64,000 nt of DNA, taken from NCBI GenBank assembly GCA_947650795.1, contig CANSWR010000001.1, forward strand, positions 64,398-128,397, read 5' to 3'. This DNA comes from an uncultured Bacillota bacterium. Lineage in GTDB: Bacteria > Bacillota_I > Bacilli_A > RF39 > UBA660. How positions within the stretch are numbered: position 1 is the stretch's first letter; each line of letters starts with the position of its first letter. The notes under the pieces are model-generated. The model worked only from the letters and a program-made list of their open reading frames with translations. It ran no database searches and was not told where the DNA came from. This document shows, piece after piece, positions 63,913 to 64,000 of this stretch. The position numbers and the translations under genes were made by a program.

Positions 63913-63927
63913 AGTTCAAAAATTATT

Positions 63928-64000
63928 CTTCGTCTTCAGATACTTCTTCATCAGCTGCATTTTCATATGCATCTAATATTGTTTTTTCAAACATACTACG
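63928..64000 (-). CDS. C-terminal fragment of an unknown protein with an acidic tail
   Basis: The reverse frame reads ...SMFEKTILDAYENAADEEVSEDEE and then a stop. The gene continues beyond the window. Confidence 0.35.

Overview
The window is 64 kb of very AT-rich (about 25% GC) chromosome from a low-GC, clostridial-type Firmicute. Supporting markers are the sporulation genes yabP-yabQ-divIC, desulfoferrodoxin, an LtaS/UgtP-like lipoteichoic acid pathway and a T-box leader. No tools were run, so every protein-family call rests on motifs and domain order read by eye from the translated ORFs.

Most of the window is core housekeeping: rpsI/rplM, dusB, lysS with a T-box leader, a ClpC-like ATPase, rpsF-ssb-rpsR, ychF, parA/parB, ftsH, tilS, ligA and pcrA.

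Four regions stand out.

(1) At the left edge, a three-gene minus-strand operon looks like a Wadjet/MksBEF-type anti-plasmid condensin, in the order JetA-like (454 aa), JetB-like (218 aa) and an SMC-like JetC N-terminus that runs off the window.

(2) At about 41.9-49.3 kb there is a striking cell-envelope locus. Three paralogous TasA/camelysin-like secreted proteins carry SipW-cognate-type signal peptides. Next to them are two giant signal-anchored proteins (560 and 1122 aa) built from dozens of thrombospondin-type-3-like calcium-binding Asp-rich repeats. The larger one also has about 20 cysteine-rich 26-aa modules, encoded by near-perfect 78-nt DNA tandem repeats. Both giant proteins end in a domain homologous to the small TasA-like proteins. 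I could not match this architecture (membrane anchor, Ca-repeat stalk, TasA-like tip, plus free TasA-like subunits) to any described system. It may be an anchored fibre or biofilm-matrix system. Lipoteichoic acid and glycolipid genes flank it on both sides.

(3) A small apparent insertion between htrA and rplM carries an Abi_2 (AbiD/F-like) abortive-infection gene plus two convergent uncharacterised ORFs.

(4) An unannotated 39-aa ORF with a strong RBS encodes a peptide with a double-glycine-type leader (ELKLIQGG) and a cationic hydrophobic core.

Other items are a degenerate-GGDEF (DGNEF) sensor, a CPBP protease with an XRE regulator inserted between pcrA and ligA, a processive GT2 synthase with the QxxRW motif, and a second, short UvrD-like helicase.
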